The translations under genes and the position numbers were made by a program. Below the pieces are notes generated by a model. It made no database searches and had not been told where the DNA came from. It worked only from the letters and a program-made list of their open reading frames with translations. DNA of 63,909 bases, the filler included, from Octopus bimaculoides (Eukaryota): NCBI RefSeq assembly GCF_001194135.2. It is 5 parts of 5 records of this genome, joined end to end, with 100 filler letters (N's around TTAATTAATTAA, not from the genome) between each part and the next. Parts side by side here need not be neighbours in the genome. Positions count along the whole stretch, not along the records: positions 25,661 to 55,195 come from NC_068987.1; positions 55,296 to 60,686 come from NC_068986.1; positions 60,787 to 62,386 come from NW_026308423.1; positions 62,487 to 63,909 come from NW_026422612.1; 1 more part is not named here. One strand, written 5' to 3'. This document shows positions 51,794 to 63,909 of the stretch, piece after piece (within the stretch, counting starts at the first letter, position 1; every line of letters begins with the position of its first letter).

Positions 51794-54183
51794 AATATAC
51801 ATATATATATATATATATACTCCACTATCCAATATACATTTATTTGACAAAGTTGTTAACATGGTAAATTCCTCAGATATAGTCAAACCAGAGTTAAAGA
51901 AATATTCACTGATACATTCATTTCAACAAATGTGTAAGTGACTTAACTGAAAAAAACATTTGATGTTTGGGAGATTCCATAGTTTGCTCCATTTGTCTTT
52001 GCTGTGTATGTTATAGAAAGAACCATTCTGTCGGAGTGATATAGAAAGTTTTTGAATGCTTAGGATGTAAAAAGGAGAGAAGAAAACGAAATGGTACGTC
52101 ATCGAAACCGGGGAATAGAAAGAAATCTGACTTCACTAAATAAAGGGTTAGAATATCGCAAACTTTATTGTACGATGTTTTAGCGTTTCTGTCAATATTA
52201 TACAATTAAATCGAAGTTTTGAGAACCACTGTTGAGTTATATTTATGAAGTCCGATATTTCAAATGTTGATTTCTTTTCTGATATTTAATAAAAGAAAAT
52301 CAGTAACTGCGAGGATACTAAGTACGTTGTATTATTCATTTAAATACGCATTAGTTTTAAAATAGACAAGGACACCCACTCACTGAATAAAAATCCCTCA
52401 TTAAGTCGATCACTTCTATATTATAACTTTAAATCATAACAGAGTTCAAATTTACATTTTATCTCAATAAAATCAATATTTTATGGCTGCTATAATCAAA
52501 TATTTTTGTTGTTATATGATAATATATAAATATAAAAATTGTCAACATACACAGTTAAGAAATCGATATGTGATACTGCAATATATTTCGCTCCAGAAAT
52601 TCCAATATTCTATTACTAAGATGTATCAAATCTCTCTCCTTTAATTTCACTGGAAAAAAAATCTTTTGTACACGTTATAAATGCTCTATTTTATGTTAAG
52701 AAATAGTATTGATGTTTTCTTAAGATGTGATATCTTAAAGAGTGATTCAATATTTGCTTTTATAAGAAAAATCTGCAAGGATAATCTGTTTTGTTAAAGC
52801 AAGAGGCATACAGCCGTAATATTCTCCGTTTACGCAAGTTTCATAAATGTTTAAAATTCACAACATTGGACATATTTACTTGGGATAAGGTATTGTCAGT
52901 TGATTTACACACAGGCATCAGTGTGTACTAAAGAATATCCCACCATAATCCCATAATATAAATTCAGATATAACCACAGTGGAGTGGATTACAAAGAGAG
53001 AAATTTTAAGTCTACACTGAGACATGCAGTCACCTGTAAACTTTCTAACTTATCACCCAAACATTGTGTGTGTGCGAATCTCTTACAAGCACTTTCTGGA
53101 ATCACTGTTTCCTGAATAAATATATTTCCTATTTCATGTATCGAATGTGTTTACCTTTATGTGTATACATAAACATGTGCACAAGCACATAAACATACAC
53201 ATATGCAACAAGAAAATAATAAAAACTTGTAATTTATTAAATTACCTTCTCTATCACGTGTTTTACTGAAGAAACCTAGCGAAATATGCAATCCTACGCA
53301 CGTACATTCTCCAGGCCACACTTCATCAAAGACTCAAACATAACATTTTCACCGGCCTTGGATTGCATAATTCCTTCATTATCCTTAGTCAAACGTGGAT
53401 GAGATGATGTTATTCAATAATTTAAGACTACAGTTTTTCCTTGTATATTGAAAATCATTTTGTCTAAGTATTTAGACCAATGAAGAGAAAGTTGTACTCT
53501 AAAACTCGAATGCTTTTTGCAGTCATATCTTTCTTGATATAGAATTCTCATAGGTATCTAGATACTGGTTACATATGTTTTTGAAATCGCATACATACAT
53601 TATACAAACATACATTACAACTATATATATATANNNNNNNNNNNNNNNNNNNNNNNNNNNNNNNNNNNNNNNNNNNNNNNNNNNNNNNNNNNNNNNNNNN
53701 NNNNNNNNNNNNNNNNNNNNNNNNNNNNNNNNNNNNNNNNNNNNNNNNNNNNNNNNNNNNNNNNNNNNNNNNNNNNNNNNNNNNNNNNNNNNNNNNNNNN
53801 NNNNNNNNNNNNNNNNNNNNNNNNNNNNNNNNNNNNNNNNNNNNNNNNNNNNNNNNNNNNNNNNNNNNNNNNNNNNNNNNNNNNNNNNNNNNNNNNNNNN
53901 NNNNNNNNNNNNNNNNNNNNNNNNNNNNNNNNNNNNNNNNNNNNNNNNNNNNNNNNNNNNNNNNNNNNNNNNNNNNNNNNNNNNNNNNNNNNNNNNNNNN
54001 NNNNNNNNNNNNNNNNNNNNNNNNNNNNNNNNNNNNNNNNNNNNNNNNNNNNNNNNNNNNNNNNNNNNNNNNNNNNNNNNNNNNNNNNTACTAACAGTCA
54101 TGTGAGCGTATATAATATATTTAGTGAGATTTACCCCCGGAAAAGCGACAAGCACTAAATAAGTTCAAGTGGTTCTGTTAGTA

Positions 54184-54955
54184 TCGGGTTGTCCGGAAAG
54201 TTCGTGCCGATTTATAGTAGCTTACATTTCGACTTATTTTAGAACATGGATGAGTCCATAAAATAGGATTTGACTACACCACCATTCAGAGCACAGTTTA
54301 AGCCATCTTTTCGTGGAAGAAGGTTTATGTTCCTATAACCTCTGTTAATTCTGTAACCCTTTAAAATGGAAGATAAGAAAGTTCCTTTTCGGCACTTCAT
54401 GCATTCCCTTTTTCGTAAAGGGAAAATGCCTCACAGGCAACCAAAGAAATATGAGCAGTTTGCGGTGATGTCTCTTTATCCGAAAGAACTGTACGGAAAT
54501 GGTTTGTAACGTTCCGAGCTGGAGATTGTAGCCTTATTAATAAAGAGCGATCAGACAGACCATCCGCTACAGATGACGACTAAATCAAGTCTATAATTGA
54601 GAATAACCCACATTGCACAACCCAAGAATTGGCAGTAAGCTTCAACCTATCAAAATCCGTCGTTCATGAGCACCTGGTAAAGGTTGGGTACCACATGAGT
54701 TGAGTAAGAAGAACCTTTTGGATCGCATTTTCAACTGTGATTCGCTTTATAAACGGAATGAAAACGCGCCTTTTTAAAGTAAATTTTGACAGGTGATAAT
54801 AAATGGAATGTCTACAGAAATGTCCAGAGAAAGCGATCATCGTGTAAGCGACATGAGCCACCCTTAGCCAGCTCAAAAGCGGGTCTTCTTCCTAAACTTC
54901 TTGCTTTGTGTCTGGTGGGATTGGAAAGAAATTCTGTACTATGAGCTTCTCAACG
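54184..54955 (+). mobile_element. 5' two-thirds of a third mariner, truncated
   Basis: TA plus TIR-like tcgggttgtccggaaagttcgtgccg. Transposase relic from atggaagataagaaag (HTH, RSDRP, TGDNKW, LLCVWWDWKEILYYELL). No right TIR. Confidence 0.82.
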
Positions 54956-54960
54956 TTTCT

Positions 54961-55195
54961 CTAAAAGAAATGGAAAAACTTTCAAAATACAAAGACCTGG
55001 AAATAGAGATAACTCGAATGTGGAATCTAAAAACAGAAACAATTCCTATCATAGTAGGTGCCTTAGGTATAATAAAAAAAATATTCAGACAAATACATAA
55101 CAAAAATAGCAGGACTTACAAATATATATAACATACAGAAAATTGCACTACTGGGTACTGCACACATCCTACGCAAAACACTTTCAATACAGTAA
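54961..55195 (+). mobile_element. 3' end of R4/Dong-like RLE LINE
   Basis: KEMEKLSKYKDLEIEITRMWNLKTETIPIIVGALGIIKK...IQKIALLGTAHILRKTLSIQ*. Confidence 0.85.
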
Positions 55196-55295
55196 NNNNN
55201 NNNNNNNNNNNNNNNNNNNNNNNNNNNNNNNNNNNNNNNTTAATTAATTAANNNNNNNNNNNNNNNNNNNNNNNNNNNNNNNNNNNNNNNNNNNN

Positions 55296-55339
<44 letters not shown>

Positions 55340-56190
55340 GATACATATATGTATGTGTGTGAGTGTGTGTGTATGTGCGTATGTATGAATGCATATACGT
55401 TATATGTATACATATAGTTATGCATTGATACATACATGCATGCATACGTTCTTGCACGCGTGTATATATACCTACATGCATATAGTGGATTTGTCGAAAG
55501 CGACTGGTTTGGAAATCAGCCAATCTGAGCTCGAACTTCAGTAGAAAAGTAACATACAACATGGAAGCATTTTAGCGGCTGACACAGAATATACATAATT
55601 ATAAACATTGCTTATACGTGTTGACCACTAATATTAAGTAAAATGATTTAATTACGTTTTATAGTTTATTTCATAATCAAAACACAATATGATTCATTAG
55701 CTGATTAAATAATTGTTTTATAAACATAAACAACAGAATTAAAATGTTGTTTTAATTACCGTTTTATAATGTACCTATTAGCGTTGTTTACCTGTGATTA
55801 TTTTTAAATATGAATTAAATTGAATTAGTTGACTGGTGACGTGGCAGCTATGGAAATTGAATATTGTAGCAGTCTAAAATCGTCCAGCAGTGGAGGTGGG
55901 AATGCCAGATGGGCATTTCTGCTTGGCGCTGGCGGGGGGGTTAGTTGCAAGTAGATACTGGTAATAGTATGTTATGACAAAATCCGTTGTCACTGATATG
56001 GAAAATAGCAATTTGAAATATCACTGATGCCGCAGTTAGCTGGCCGGCTGAATTATAATTCGTTATGTGGAACAGATGATGTATTTGTATTGAGTACGAC
56101 AAACGGATTGCTATTCTAAACGAATACTGCTTCTGTTGCACATAGATGCTGTTCCGTTCTGATTTAGGTTATAAACGTAATTAACCCATA

Positions 56191-56252
56191 TTAACCCACT
56201 GTCCTCGTTTGAGGACAGTTGTATTTGGTTTATTTACTGCAAGAAGGGTTAA
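56191..56252. mobile_element. Tiny TTAA-flanked piggyBac-like relic with an internal hairpin
   Basis: TTAA-ccc...ggg-TTAA; ctgtcctc-gttt-gaggacag perfect 8-bp stem. Confidence 0.4.
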
Positions 56253-56780
56253 CTAGACACTTCCGTATGTTTGTTATACCTATTTACATAACTATCTTCA
56301 AAATTCCGACAGGTTAAAATTTCGACGGGTTCAAATTAGTTAAGAAAGCCAAGACCACTTAACATTCTCATTCGGAAGCAGAGAAATCATTTTACTTTTG
56401 AATATTAGTCATCTACGTAATGTATGTTTATAATTGGCAAACAGGAGATTTTATACCTATTGCTTTTTGTCGCTGATTCCAGATGAGTTAAAATCGAGCA
56501 CATGTGTCGTCAGAGACATTCCAGCTGTGATCATCCCGTTTTTTATTATGTAAAATTTGTATGAGAATTATACACAATTATCTTAACATTTCTATGTTTA
56601 ATGTTTTGATGTAGAATGTACAATACACGTAGGTTCATCGTCACTTTAAATTCACGTTTTGTATGGAATTAAAAGCTTCAAGAGATATTTCCTTTTATAA
56701 TAAGATACTCATCTGTTATTTTGCGAGATAGTTTATAATTTGCAAGTGGTCAATTAAAAGTAAAATAGATATAATATATA

Positions 56781-57107
56781 TCTTTTTATCTTTTACTGGC
56801 TTCGCTCATTAGACTGCAGCCATACTGGGATATCACCTTGAAGGACTCTTTTTAGATGATTGAATCGACCCCCCCCCCGGTACTAATTACCATTTTCAGC
56901 CTGGTACATATTCTGTCGGATCCTTTCACTGAACCGCAAAGTTACGGGGACATAAACATATCAACAACGGTAGCAAGTGGTGGTGAAGAACAAACACATA
57001 CGCACCCCTCCACACACACACGTATTTATATGGTAATCAACTGACATACCAGTGAATTGGATGTTTAAAACACTCAATTGAAGGTTTTCTTTTACTAAAT
57101 TTGTTAC

Positions 57108-57188
<81 letters not shown>

Positions 57189-57341
57189 ACACACACACAC
57201 ACATATGACGGACTTCTTTCAGTTTCCGCCTAGCAAATACACTTTGGCCGGCTAGAAGACATATGCCCAAGATGCCACGCCGTTGGACTGGATCAAGATC
57301 CATGTGGTTGGAAAGCATACGTCTGACCCCATAACCACGTC
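56781..57341 (-). mobile_element. SINE family B, antisense, with (CA)n core
   Basis: + strand shows the tail tcttttact...ctcattagactgcagccatactggg, ttctttcagtttccg, and the head ccatgtggttggaaagc. Confidence 0.8.
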
Positions 57342-58090
57342 TTCACCTATTCATTTCAAAAACAAAAACTATAAAACATTAGCCAAAACAGCTGACATAT
57401 TGAATAGACGTGTAGGGAATATCCTGTACATGTTTGCATAGAAGAAAACATATGAGAAATTATCCATATATATAGCTCTATTATGCTTAAAACATGCAGT
57501 TAATTACCATAGGAAATTGAAGGCGAGGAAGATAAAATATAAGCTGTTATACAAGAGAAGTCTTTTAGTCAAATTTAGACTACAAACATGTGATATCTGA
57601 GTCCTCTGATGTACATGTCAGAAATATAATGTTACTAAAATTTAGTGAGTGAATATATTAGTCGTACGAATGACAAATATTTCAATGAAGCATTACAATG
57701 AGCTATATATGTTTTCACGATAATAGAAGTGAACATTATTATTCAATTAAGCACTTAAACTTGACAGAAGTAATCAATATCCAAATTATGTTTATTACCC
57801 CACAGAATTTGTAACAAATTTTCATGACAGAATTCTAGCATCTCTGTAACTTTTGAATTCCTCTGAGATGATATTAGAAGAGTTCCCTTTTTCAGGCGAT
57901 GGCAGTAAACGTGATGTGACACCTCAATAATTATAATTTTACATTGGAAAAGGAGATAGATGAATAGAGTATCGAAGGAAGTTTTAAGATTAACTCGCAT
58001 CTGTTATTGTAATATACTGCGAGTGTTAAAGATTACATAGAAATCCGTTCTTGCTTGTACTGTAGAGCAGAAAGTGGTCGTGGTAAACAG

Positions 58091-58091
<1 letters not shown>

Positions 58092-58157
<66 letters not shown>
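58092..58157. repeat. (CTA)n microsatellite
   Basis: Read directly from the sequence. Confidence 0.95.
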
Positions 58158-58550
58158 GGTCCAGTGTTTCGATTCTTTATCAAATACCTTCTTAATCTCA
58201 CATACGTCGTAATCACATTTGAAAATGATGTGAACGTCAAAACAGCAATGAATTACTTTCAATTGACACCAACACGGAGAGCCTCTAATTGGAAACTCGA
58301 CATGCTAGAATTGACAGTCAATTCTTACTTAAATATATTTTATAGCATTATTTATAAACAGGTATAGGGCATATTAAATGATATTGTATTAAATACACAA
58401 TGTCTGACTAAAACACGTGGCTTGAACCATTTTTATTATATGTGTCCTTAATCAAGCGTGACCTAGAATCATAACAAACACAGCAGCTACCTTTCCCTCT
58501 GAGTTACAAAAAATATAGCTAAATTCATTGCTTATTAAAATTTAAAACTA

Positions 58551-58760
58551 ATAACCCTTTCTACTATATGCACAAAGCCTGAAATTGTTTTGGTGGGCAT
58601 GTAAGTCGATTACATTCACCCCAGTACTCACCTGGTACTTATTTTTATCGACTCTCAAAGAATGAAAGGTATAGTCGACCTCGGCGGATTTTGAACTCAG
58701 AGTGTAAAGACGGACAAAATGCCGCTAAGAATTTTGCTCGATGTGTTAACTCGCCACCTT
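58551..58760 (-). mobile_element. SINE family A, antisense
   Basis: gcacaaagcctgaaatt...gtcgacctcggcggattttgaactcagagtgtaaagacggac...actcgccacctt. Confidence 0.8.
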
Positions 58761-58816
58761 CAAAATTTGACAGTAATAAAAAAAAATCACGTTCATGTAT
58801 ACACACGTATTTATGT

Positions 58817-58889
<73 letters not shown>

Positions 58890-60429
58890 TGTGTGTGTAT
58901 TTTGTGTATGTTTCATTATTTATATCGATAACAATAAATAAAATGCCATAAATATTTTATTAGTGACGGGCTTAATTTCTCCTGAGAAAGCACACACATA
59001 TTACGGAACACATACGTGTCGTCTATGTGTCGTAGAAAATAAGAAATACTGATTTCATCAACCGGGATCTTGAAGGAAGAGATGATAGTGTTTTTACAAA
59101 TTTACATACATGAATATACAATCTCGATTAATTTAAATTATAAATTGGATAAATTACTGCCATAAGTTTTAGAATGTTACTGTAGTGAGTCGTCTCCTGT
59201 TTTGATTTAGAAAGAATACACATGAAAAATTTTAGAAAAATAACGCTATGCATAATTTGGAAGTGATTTCATTTTATATATAAACCTCCATTTAAACTAT
59301 AACATATAAAGCACATATCACTTGGTAAGACTAAGAAAATCGATATTCATAATATCATTTTCGCAATTCACCCTGCAAAAATTTGCCTCAACGCAACCAG
59401 TGCAAATGAACATCGACAGAACGTCTCACGAGCTGCGTACACCTATATACACATATCCACATATCCACAGACCAAGTGCATATCCACAACACACATACGC
59501 ACACACACCTACACATACATACACATACACTCACACACCTATGTCTTCTCAAATAGGGTGCACGTTCCATAGACATGTTTAGTATTTATAATGATATTTA
59601 TGTCGTACAATAAGTGAAGAGCGCTAATTAGCATCTTTCTAAGTGATATAATTATCTTCTTTTTTGAGATTTTCAGTTTTAGCTGATGCGCTATGAAAGA
59701 TGGTCAAATATTGCTCAACATATTTCAAAATTATTCTATAATACGATACAAATATGTATTCACATTACGTGCAATTGTAGACACTTGCACACAACAAAAA
59801 TGCACAGACAATATAGCTAATCACAAACACGTGAACTTACATTAATTGAACAGAAATACCTTTCCGTTATATTTTTATATTTTCACTTACATTACTTCAA
59901 TAGATATCCTTGCATTTCTTTTTCATACTTGACCTATATTTTAATGACCGACTTTCAACTCTAATCTTCTTAAATTTAATTATTATCATTTCTTTTCTCT
60001 CTTTTATTTGTTAGACATCTACATCTACCCACCTTTCCTTACAGACCATTAAATTTGTTTAGCTAAACTTTGGACATTAATCGGTTTTCGCTCATGTGAC
60101 ATAAAGTCACTTTTTATTTAGACTCTTAATTACAATTGTAGTTCACTACTTTACTACCCACTTCTTATAACGAAGCTTTACCTTTTCTTATATAAATAAC
60201 AGACAGAAAAAAAATACTTCTAAAATATAACCTAAAATAAATGTTTATATATGTATTTATTTATAGGCTCAGATTAGCGACAGGTATAAGACAGAACACA
60301 AATTAATTTTAAAATGCAGTTATTAGTCAGACACTCATTGAGAGAAGAAGAAAATAGCTGCTTTTTGACATTGCAAACTGGAACTCTTCTGCAAGGAAAA
60401 AAAAACGTGTAAAGCAAGCAAAGAGAGCA

Positions 60430-60686
60430 CCTTTTGAAATTTCACCTGTCTAACACCGGTGAACATGTTTACAAAGTCAGAAAACAGCACAGCTCCTATG
60501 ACTTTCGGAAACACTTTTTCACGCTAAGAGTTGCTGAAGTATGGAACAAACTGCTGGCATCAGTTGTTAGTTGTCGGAGCACTGCATCCTTCAAAACTTC
60601 CATGCTTCCTGGGATTCGCCAACACTACACCTGATTTTCTCCCCTCCATACACACGCAAGCATGTATCTGACTCATACACAGTTCC
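60430..60686 (+). mobile_element. 3' end of CR1/L2-group LINE
   Basis: NT(R)GHVYKVRK...FRKHFFTLRVAEVWNKL.ASVVSC.STASFK, the typical CR1-group C-terminal motif, followed by a 3' UTR. Confidence 0.8.
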
Positions 60687-61658
60687 NNNNNNNNNNNNNN
60701 NNNNNNNNNNNNNNNNNNNNNNNNNNNNNNTTAATTAATTAANNNNNNNNNNNNNNNNNNNNNNNNNNNNNNNNNNNNNNNNNNNNATCAATATTAGCTT
60801 AATTAATATGTTAATAATAAGAAGTATGTTAATAATTAGTTTATACAAAAACCCTGAAGTAGTGTTAATTTTGAATTCAAAGGCTATAAATAAGGTGTAA
60901 AGTTTAAGAATATTATATATATTGGGCTCAAAAAACTATTTTGAATTATTTTTTTAAAATTATTTTTAAAATTTAAGCTAATATATATAATAATACTATT
61001 TTAAAGACACATAAAAGGTAAGCTTTATTTTTATAATGTAAAGAATTAGTATAGGGTTTATATAGTTTATAATAATGGGTTTATTAAGGTTTAAGGGACA
61101 AAAAAAAAGAATAGTAGGAATTAACAAGGACATCCAATATAGAAACATGATAATTGATTACTAGTTTAATTATACTATCTTACATAGCCATGAACATGTT
61201 TTAAGACTAACATGGGCTAATTACAGATTATTAATGGAATAAGGATTAGATTTATTTAAGTCAAAATATAGAATAAACACGACACTACCACTACGAGCCT
61301 TGAAATAATGTAATAATAATAAGGATCCTTTTAGAGTCAGGCATTGAATAAAATAAAATAAAATTTAAATTTTGGGAACTAATTAAAAACATTAAGAACT
61401 TATAAAACTTCCTATTCTTATGAGCTACATAGGGATAAGATACATACTAAGAACTAACAGCAGTGGCAGAAGTAGTGTGAAAAATACCTTTCATGGAATA
61501 AAGTTGAAATCTTAGTTATCACAAGAAGATTGTATGTTAAGGTGAGAGATCAGAAATATATGTTATAAAGGTTCAATTTCCAATTTAAAATATGTGCTAA
61601 TTAGTAGCCTAAGATGAACATGGTAGAAGTTGAAATACCATATTTTGATAATTTTAAA

Positions 61659-62386
61659 CTACTTTTTTAAAAATTTAAAAGTGCGAGTAGAGCAGTGTAC
61701 ACACGATACCCTAAGGTCTAATCTATTATTGATTAGGTTCGGATTATTTCTAAGTTTAAAAATTTCATATATTTCCATGGAACATAATTCACATCCATAT
61801 CTACTATTTCTATAAGGTTGAGTTTTTCTTATAATTTCCCATTTAAGGCTAAAACTAATACCATTATCTTTTAACTCCCAAATTTTATTTGCTAATGTTG
61901 TACTATTTGCCTTATGTCTTAGTCTAAAAGAAGACCTATGGTTATATATTCTCTGTTTCAGATTAATGCTACATCCTACGTAAATATAATTCTCGGTTAT
62001 CGTACTTATAATGCATTTGTACACTACATTACGGGTGCAACATGTGCCTAATAACGGACGATGGGACTTATTTCTGAAGTTGCACCTAGTGGAGCTATCA
62101 ACCACACCTATATTATAACTAATATCTCTATTATTATTGTTACAATTATTTACACTAATATTATTTATCCCTTCATCAATTCTACTATTAGGTATATTTT
62201 GATCATTTCCATCATTATTTAACTCGTTTCCTGATGTGCTATTAGTTAGAATTATTCCTCCAGCATTAGACATATTGATATTATATGAACTGGATCCCTG
62301 ATTTCCATTATTTTCATTGGAGTTGAGCCCATCATTTACTTCAATTAAACTCTCAACATCAATACTGCTGCATTCTATTTGTTGGT
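61659..62386 (-). mobile_element. Penelope-like GIY-YIG endonuclease reading frame (C-terminal part of a PLE ORF), open to the gap
   Basis: PLLGTCCTRNVVYKC...IYVGCS..LKQRIYNHRSSFR...STTLANKIWELK...KWEII...Y...CELCSMEIYEI...LINNRLDLRVSCVH matches the PLE GIY-YIG pattern (VVY..YVG, R, E, N, terminal C..H). By my translation the frame stays open upstream of the track's M (62273) to 62386. Confidence 0.85.
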
Positions 62387-62486
62387 NNNNNNNNNNNNNN
62401 NNNNNNNNNNNNNNNNNNNNNNNNNNNNNNTTAATTAATTAANNNNNNNNNNNNNNNNNNNNNNNNNNNNNNNNNNNNNNNNNNNN

Positions 62487-63909
62487 CCAGCAATCCTTCT
62501 AAAAGTATGTAAACGAGTCCTAGCAAGACCGCTGCAATCCCTCTTTCAGAGCTTCCTTGCATCTGGCAAACTGCCAAGAAAACTAAAGGCGGGTAAAATA
62601 TGCCCTATTCATAAAGGAGGTAGCAGAGCGGAGGCCAAGAACTACAGACCTATCTCTCTGACCTCGCACATCAGCAAGGTCATGGAACGAATAGTCAGAA
62701 GAAAACTAATCGCCTTCCTTGAAGAAAATGACTTGCTGCCTGACACCCAACATGGTTTCTGACCAAGAAGAAGCTGCCTGACTCAGCTCTTACAACACTA
62801 TGACTGGATACTGAAACAGCTACTGAAACAGCTACTGAAACAGCTACTGAACCACTCAAATGTGGAAGTGATATATCTCGACTTTGCAAAGGCCTTTGAT
62901 AAAGTCGATCATGGAATGATATGTAACAAACTGCGTGATCTCGGCATAGTTGGAAAATTGGGAGAATGGCTTCATGACTTTCTGAAGGATAGAAGTCAGG
63001 TGGTAGTAGCCAATGGGGCCTCCTCCAATGACACGCAAATAGTGAGTGGTGTTCCACAAGGCACTGTTTTGGGACCACTACTGTTCATAATGGCTACTCT
63101 CAGACATGCCCTCAGCCACACAGAGAGCCACGGTCACAAGTTATGCAGATGATACAAAAGTCTCACAGGTAATACAGAACCCTGAAGACACTATGCACCT
63201 GCAATGTGAGCTGGATGAAATATACAAGTGGGCTGAAAAGAATAACATGCAGTTTAATGCTGAAAAGTTTCACGCCTTGTGCTATCAGCATGCAAAACTA
63301 AATGCAGTACCCATTAAATACAATAGACCTGGAGGGACTGCAATCCCAGAGGCACAATCAGTGCGAGATCTGGGCATTTACATGAGTAATGATGCATCCT
63401 TTCATGTTCATGTCGCTAAATTGGCAATGAAATGCAGGCGACTGACCTGATGGATTCTTAGGACTTTTAGAACAAGAGATCAGGAAACAATGATGGTCCT
63501 CTGGAGGACACTTGTTCTAAGCCACTTTGACTATTGCTCTCAGCTATGGTCACCAACCAGTGTCAAATTAATCTCAGAACTTGAGGCAATCCAACGAAGC
63601 TACACGAAGAAGATAGCCTCTATGCAGCATATAAGCTATTGGGAAAGACCCAAGAGATTAAAACTCTATTCCTTAGAGCGTAGGCGAGAAAGATATGCCT
63701 TAATATACATCTGGAAGATCCTCGAAGGAATTGTCCCAAACTTTGGTATTGAAAGTTACACAAATAAAAGAACTGGACGCCATTGCATAGTGCCAAGGAC
63801 TCCAAATTTGCCATCAAGATGTAGGACAAGATACTGTAATAGTCTGGGCTTCAGAGGTTCACAGCTCTTCAATATCATCCTGAAGGACCTGAGAGACCTG
63901 CATGGGGTG
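62487..63909 (+). mobile_element. CR1/L2-group LINE RT region, mildly decayed, continues past the window end
   Basis: PIHKGGSR..AKNYRPISLTS, QHGF, YLDFAKAFDKVDH, SGVPQGTVLGPLLF, YADDTK, VRDLGI, DYCSQLWSP, LKLYSLERRRERY. Premature TGA at ~62759 and ~63447, frameshift near 63085. Confidence 0.92.

Noticed and set aside
53262-53300. ctgaaga-aacctagc-gaaa hammerhead-like spacing (similar partial hits at 3897, 21451, 22772)
   Set aside because: Stem II cannot pair and the flanking helices are absent.
54901-55131. ORF fusing mariner CVWWDWKE..YYELL to an RLE-LINE C-terminus
   Set aside because: Chance in-frame junction of two truncated relics at ~54958. It has no proper start and frameshifts soon after.
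5162-55562. Long ORFs in the track made of X runs or YI/HT/CV/poly-L/poly-K repeats
   Set aside because: They span N gaps or (TA)n, (CA)n and trinucleotide microsatellites and carry no protein signal.

Overview
AT-rich, microsatellite-dense animal genomic DNA with about 14 N-gaps. The tRNA-derived SINE families and repeat landscape look like an octopod cephalopod (Octopus-like; recognition, not a database hit). Only one host-gene exon is supportable: a 457-bp internal exon (3433-3889, +) of an M1-family aminopeptidase N-like gene. No further exon of that gene is visible, so the remaining ~60 kb reads as intron or intergenic DNA filled with decayed mobile elements. These are a near-full-length R4/Dong-like RLE LINE plus four fragments, two RTE and two CR1-group LINE relics, two Penelope-like relics (RT N-terminus; GIY-YIG endonuclease), three mariners, a maT-like transposon, several MITEs and more than 20 SINE copies. 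The best second-look items are: (1) a fossil type-I hammerhead ribozyme with an intact catalytic core upstream of the Penelope RT relic; (2) a 54-bp ungapped fold-back hairpin inside an RTE relic whose 11 arm differences are all transitions; (3) a tRNA-Glu 3' half bracketed by a 10-bp direct repeat; (4) an open GIY-YIG frame with a long Asn-rich extension on an artificially joined contig. I found no new multi-gene system. Most ORFs in the supplied track are microsatellite or N-gap artefacts.
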